A stretch of 64,000 nucleotides of DNA from positions 1 to 64,000 of the IMG/VR virus record IMGVR_UViG_3300032084_002349. One strand, 5' to 3'. Under the pieces are notes generated by a model that was not told where the DNA came from, searched no databases, and saw only the letters and a list, made by a program, of their open reading frames with translations. Positions 60,456 to 64,000 of this stretch are shown here, in pieces (position 1 is the stretch's first letter; each line of letters opens with the position of its first letter). The stretch is from an uncultured virus (IMG/VR IMGVR_UViG_3300032084_002349) (lineage: Duplodnaviria; Heunggongvirae; Uroviricota; Caudoviricetes). The translations under genes were made by a program, and so were the position numbers.

Positions 60456-61037
60456 ATGATGGAAACTTTGATTGATCCTAAAGATATTACTAACTACAAT
60501 CGTACCGATTCAGAATTGCAATCTTTCTGGATATTCTGCATCCTCGTTGCCGGTAAGAATAGCGACACAACTGCTAGATTAGTTACTAAACTACTCAAAG
60601 ACAGAGGAGATATGACTCCATTTGAGTTTATTAAAAGCCTCAAGTTATCAGAACTTCATAATTATTTGAAGGCACATAAGACAGGACAGTATGATAGGAT
60701 ACGCAAGGCTTTATATTTCTCATCTAAATTAAACTTGAGAACTTGCACAAGAGAAGACTTGATGGATGTTTATGGTGTTGGGCCAAAGACTGCCAGATTC
60801 TTTTTGCTTCATACTAGAGAATTTTGTGATGAAGTTGTATTAGATACTCATATACTTAGGTGGATGAGAGAAAGGTGTGATGTTAAAGAAGCACCAAAGA
60901 ATACTCCACAAAATCCAGAAAAATACGCTCAGTACGCAGGATTGTGCAAATATCTAATGGAGCAACATTATACAGGCTTGACATTGGCTCAAGCAGACCT
61001 TATGATATGGACAGACATGAGTGGGAGATTAGATTGA
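60456..61037 (+). CDS. HhH-GPD-type DNA glycosylase
   Basis: LMDVYGVGPKTARFF...VLDTHILRW. Confidence 0.8.
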   Translation: MMETLIDPKDITNYNRTDSELQSFWIFCILVAGKNSDTTARLVTKLLKDRGDMTPFEFIKSLKLSELHNYLKAHKTGQYDRIRKALYFSSKLNLRTCTREDLMDVYGVGPKTARFFLLHTREFCDEVVLDTHILRWMRERCDVKEAPKNTPQNPEKYAQYAGLCKYLMEQHYTGLTLAQADLMIWTDMSGRLD

Positions 61038-61324
61038 ATCATAAAGAATACAAAGAAGAAACTAGACAAAGGTATGGAGAACCTATAGAATATGTTTTGT
61101 CTCGTTTAAAACAAGGTAAAGAAATTGATTTGTTTGATATCATAAATGCAAAATGTGAATTAAAAGAATTAATAAAAAAAAGTAACAATAATCCACAAGA
61201 TATAAAACACACAATAAATAGAAGTACAATGATGATTTTAACGCCAATTTATAAATGGATTTTATGGTTAGTAATAACAATGTTGATAGGTATAATTTTC
61301 TATACATTTAGATCCAAATTTTAA
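61034..61324 (+). CDS. Hypothetical membrane protein
   Basis: C-terminal TM segment; TTG start coupled to the upstream stop. Confidence 0.4.
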   Translation: MNHKEYKEETRQRYGEPIEYVLSRLKQGKEIDLFDIINAKCELKELIKKSNNNPQDIKHTINRSTMMILTPIYKWILWLVITMLIGIIFYTFRSKF

Positions 61325-61389
61325 AACAATTAATTTTGTGAATCACAATACGTTTTGTGATTATTTTACTTTTAATTTCAGGAGGAAAT

Positions 61390-61710
61390 ATGAAGATTTT
61401 TATTGCAGTATTATTGGCTGGTTTAACTTTGCCTGCTTTTGCCGGGGAAGCACCAGTAGTATCTGAACCTCAAACTACAGTATCGGCAGATTGTGATTGC
61501 AGTCCTTGTGAATGTAGCACATGCAACTGTAGGGTGCGTAGAGGCTTGTTTGGCAGGAGACTTTTTATTCGTTCTACAGATTGTGCTTGCAATAAAACTG
61601 GCAGCACATACTCAAGAACCAGAACAGTTACAGATGGGTGCTGTAATGTTCTTCGTTCAAGAACTTTTAGTAGAACTATTTGCAACGGCAACACTTGTAA
61701 TTGCAAGTAA
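61390..61710 (+). CDS. Secreted Cys-rich protein
   Basis: Signal peptide (AFA site), GGAGG RBS, many Cys. Confidence 0.65.
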   Translation: MKIFIAVLLAGLTLPAFAGEAPVVSEPQTTVSADCDCSPCECSTCNCRVRRGLFGRRLFIRSTDCACNKTGSTYSRTRTVTDGCCNVLRSRTFSRTICNGNTCNCK

Positions 61711-61766
61711 TTTTATGGGGGGTGAGATAACATCAAACCCCCTTTCATTTCATGGAGGAAATAATT

Positions 61767-62111
61767 ATGCAAAAAATAGTATTATGTTTAATTGCTGTAA
61801 CTTTATTAACAAATGTTTGTGAGGCTAGAAGAAATAGAAAGAAAACTAACACAACTTATAAGTATACATACTCTACGACAGTAGATAATACCTCCGCACA
61901 AGGAGTTGCTAACACAATGGCATCGAGAAATTGTGTTGCTCATTTTGGTGGACATAGTAATAATTACGAGGGTTGTGGTAGCGGTTGGAGTCAAAACGAA
62001 GCATATAACAACTGTTGCTACAGTAATAGCGGAATGTTTGTTATTGATGTCGGTTACGCTCAAGGTAAATCTGGTATGTGGTATTGTTGCAAAAGATACT
62101 CAAGGCATTGA
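61767..62111 (+). CDS. Secreted Cys-containing protein (weakly CAP-like)
   Basis: Signal peptide; AHFGG...YEGCG...VGYAQG...WYCC. Confidence 0.6.
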   Translation: MQKIVLCLIAVTLLTNVCEARRNRKKTNTTYKYTYSTTVDNTSAQGVANTMASRNCVAHFGGHSNNYEGCGSGWSQNEAYNNCCYSNSGMFVIDVGYAQGKSGMWYCCKRYSRH

Positions 62112-62180
62112 CAAACAATATTGTTTAGGCTATACTATAGTTGTGGTTTATTGTTTTAACAAACGGAAAGAATGAGGATT

Positions 62181-62351
62181 ATGAGTAATAAAAATTATTT
62201 TCTTGTAGCAGCATTTGCTAGTTTTGTTCTTAGCGTTTCTCTTTGGTTTCTTGGAGACCAAGCAGTTGCAAAAGAGCAAGGAATTTTTGTAGGACTATGG
62301 GTTCCTAGCATTTTGACTTTAGGAACATATTTTGGTAAATGTAATAAGTAA
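62181..62351 (+). CDS. Small two-TM membrane protein
   Basis: Hand-translated ...GIFVGLWVPSIL...; promoter at 62108. Confidence 0.6.
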   Translation: MSNKNYFLVAAFASFVLSVSLWFLGDQAVAKEQGIFVGLWVPSILTLGTYFGKCNK

Positions 62352-62360
62352 GGAATAATT

Positions 62361-62546
62361 ATGGATAACTTTACCTTATTTGTATGTGGTATTGTAATTA
62401 CGCTCATCTCTGGTATGGGTGTGATTACTTCAGAAGTTTTTCTAGGATATTATAAATATTTTGAAAAAGAAAAATTAAGGCAGTTACAAAAAGCAAGACT
62501 ACAATTAGAAAAAGAAAAAGAAGTTTTGCAAAATGCTAAAGTTTAA
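62361..62546 (+). CDS. Small membrane protein
   Basis: N-terminal TM segment, RBS. Confidence 0.6.
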   Translation: MDNFTLFVCGIVITLISGMGVITSEVFLGYYKYFEKEKLRQLQKARLQLEKEKEVLQNAKV

Positions 62547-62633
62547 ATATGAGAGGGGAGATAATATCAAACCTCTACATATTTTCAGTAAATTTTTACC
62601 TAATTTAAAGGCGGTAGAAATGATAATAGAACA

Positions 62634-62897
62634 ATGTACAGGAATATTGATGAAGATGAACGTCTATTGATAATGGCGAGAAGATATTGGGATGAAGAGG
62701 ATCAATTAACAGAAAAGCAATTATATTGGGTGTTAAAGAATGAAGGATACTCAAAGACTGAAATTGACAATGCGATCAGTGATTATTGGTCTATTCATAT
62801 ACAGTCTAATATTCTTCTCCATTATTGGATTGCACCAATTATTTTAACAGTGATGATGGTCGTTTTAGTTTTATATGTTCAGAGTTTATTAAAATGA
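62634..62897 (+). CDS. Hypothetical membrane protein
   Basis: C-terminal TM segment. Confidence 0.55.
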   Translation: MYRNIDEDERLLIMARRYWDEEDQLTEKQLYWVLKNEGYSKTEIDNAISDYWSIHIQSNILLHYWIAPIILTVMMVVLVLYVQSLLK

Positions 62898-63106
62898 AAA
62901 GAAAACATTGTAAATTGGACGATACATGCAAGATGAGTTTTGAGTTAGAAGAACTCGATGGTAAAACATTTATGATCATAAAAGATACAAAATGTACCCA
63001 CGAACAAACTGCATATAAAGGATTTGCTAATGTTAATTCGTATGTAGATAAATATAGACTTCTTAAACTTGCAGACTTCATATATGATTATTGTAATAAC
63101 AAATGA
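62894..63106 (+). CDS. Hypothetical protein
   Basis: Likely start MKRKHC, coupled to the upstream stop. Confidence 0.5.
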   Translation: MKRKHCKLDDTCKMSFELEELDGKTFMIIKDTKCTHEQTAYKGFANVNSYVDKYRLLKLADFIYDYCNNK

Positions 63107-63431
63107 AAAGCATAATTTATTTTTTATTATCTGTACCTAGATGTTTATTTTTATTATTATTTAGAAAGACTAAGTAATGTGGAAGATTTGGTGCAAAGCA
63201 TTGGGTGAAAAATCTGGTACGACCGATAGACAAAGCGATGGTATTGCTTTTATTAGGTCTGCGCTTGTATTACAGGCTATCCTTACCAATCTATTTATAG
63301 TTGTTAACATTCTAAAAAGTTGGTATCAATAAATTCGTAATGATCTAAAGATTGTTCTTGACAATGACGATATTTATGTTATACTAAGATTAGAGAGATT
63401 GAAATTTTATATACTTTTTAAAGAGGGATTT

Positions 63432-63635
63432 ATGACTGCTACTGTTACCGATTTCACCAGCGAGGTGTTTGCTTTTATCGAAGTGACCTATGGGAAAAAA
63501 GTTATCAAGCAAGTAAAAAATAAAGATAACATTGAGATCATTAAGAATATCACAGATGATTCTATATCAAAAGAATATACTGTAGATAAAACAGCACATA
63601 AAATTATGGCTATGTTAAGGATTATACCATCGTGA
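63432..63635 (+). CDS. Small helical protein (VADY..EYG family)
   Basis: Start MTATV after GAGGG; promoter at 63358. Confidence 0.6.
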   Translation: MTATVTDFTSEVFAFIEVTYGKKVIKQVKNKDNIEIIKNITDDSISKEYTVDKTAHKIMAMLRIIPS

Positions 63636-63892
63636 AAAAGAAATCCAGAAGAGAATTAAGAGAAGCAAAAATAAGAGCGATGCAACAAATGTTCTATGAG
63701 GATGTATGTATTTACATAACGGAAGAATATAGTCCTAGAATATATAGGTTATTTTCCGAGAGTCCTATGGCTGGAAGTATAGTTGATCTTGTTAATGAGT
63801 ATTTTTGGGGAGGTAATACTGTTCAGTTTACTGCTGGTCAAATAGCAGATTTGTTAAAAAGTAAATATACTAAAAAAAAGAAAAATGATTGA
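63632..63892 (+). CDS. Small helical protein (VADY..EYG family)
   Basis: FYEDVCIYITEEY...TAGQIADLL. Confidence 0.6.
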   Translation: MKKKSRRELREAKIRAMQQMFYEDVCIYITEEYSPRIYRLFSESPMAGSIVDLVNEYFWGGNTVQFTAGQIADLLKSKYTKKKKND

Positions 63893-64000
63893 TCCAGTAC
63901 TTGAAGAAAAAATAACACAAATAATAAAGTTGTGTAACCAAAAAATAAAAGATCAACACACTCACGAATCTAACGCTGGGTACTATAATGATTATGATGA

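Noticed and set aside
1..64000. Stop-codon reassignment
   Set aside because: Long genes are intact in the standard code and no suppressor tRNA was seen

Overview
A 64 kb slice of a large, AT-rich tailed dsDNA phage, most likely infecting a Planctomycete. The left part (1-29.5 kb, minus strand) is a virion and packaging module: tape measure (running off the left edge), tail chaperones, two paralogous tail-tube genes, neck genes, major capsid, decoration protein, protease/scaffold, portal, TerL, ERCC4 and HNH nucleases, a probable TerS, a phage sigma factor, and a duplicated cassette of CXCXC-repeat proteins. Genes switch to the plus strand at about 29.6 kb. After a GIY-YIG/HNH endonuclease and a gene-free stretch (31.2-31.5 kb) comes an early region of many small ORFs. 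Its intergenic spacers carry stacked sigma70, sigma28-like and sigma54-like promoter motifs and several other dispersed motifs. This region also holds three tRNAs for AT-rich codons, a tRNA-like element and candidate large structured ncRNAs. The right part has glycan-modifying enzymes, a planctomycete-type cytochrome c (DUF1549/DUF1553)-sulfotransferase-DUF1501-ferredoxin operon and an HhH DNA glycosylase. All calls come from motif reading by eye; no database search was run.
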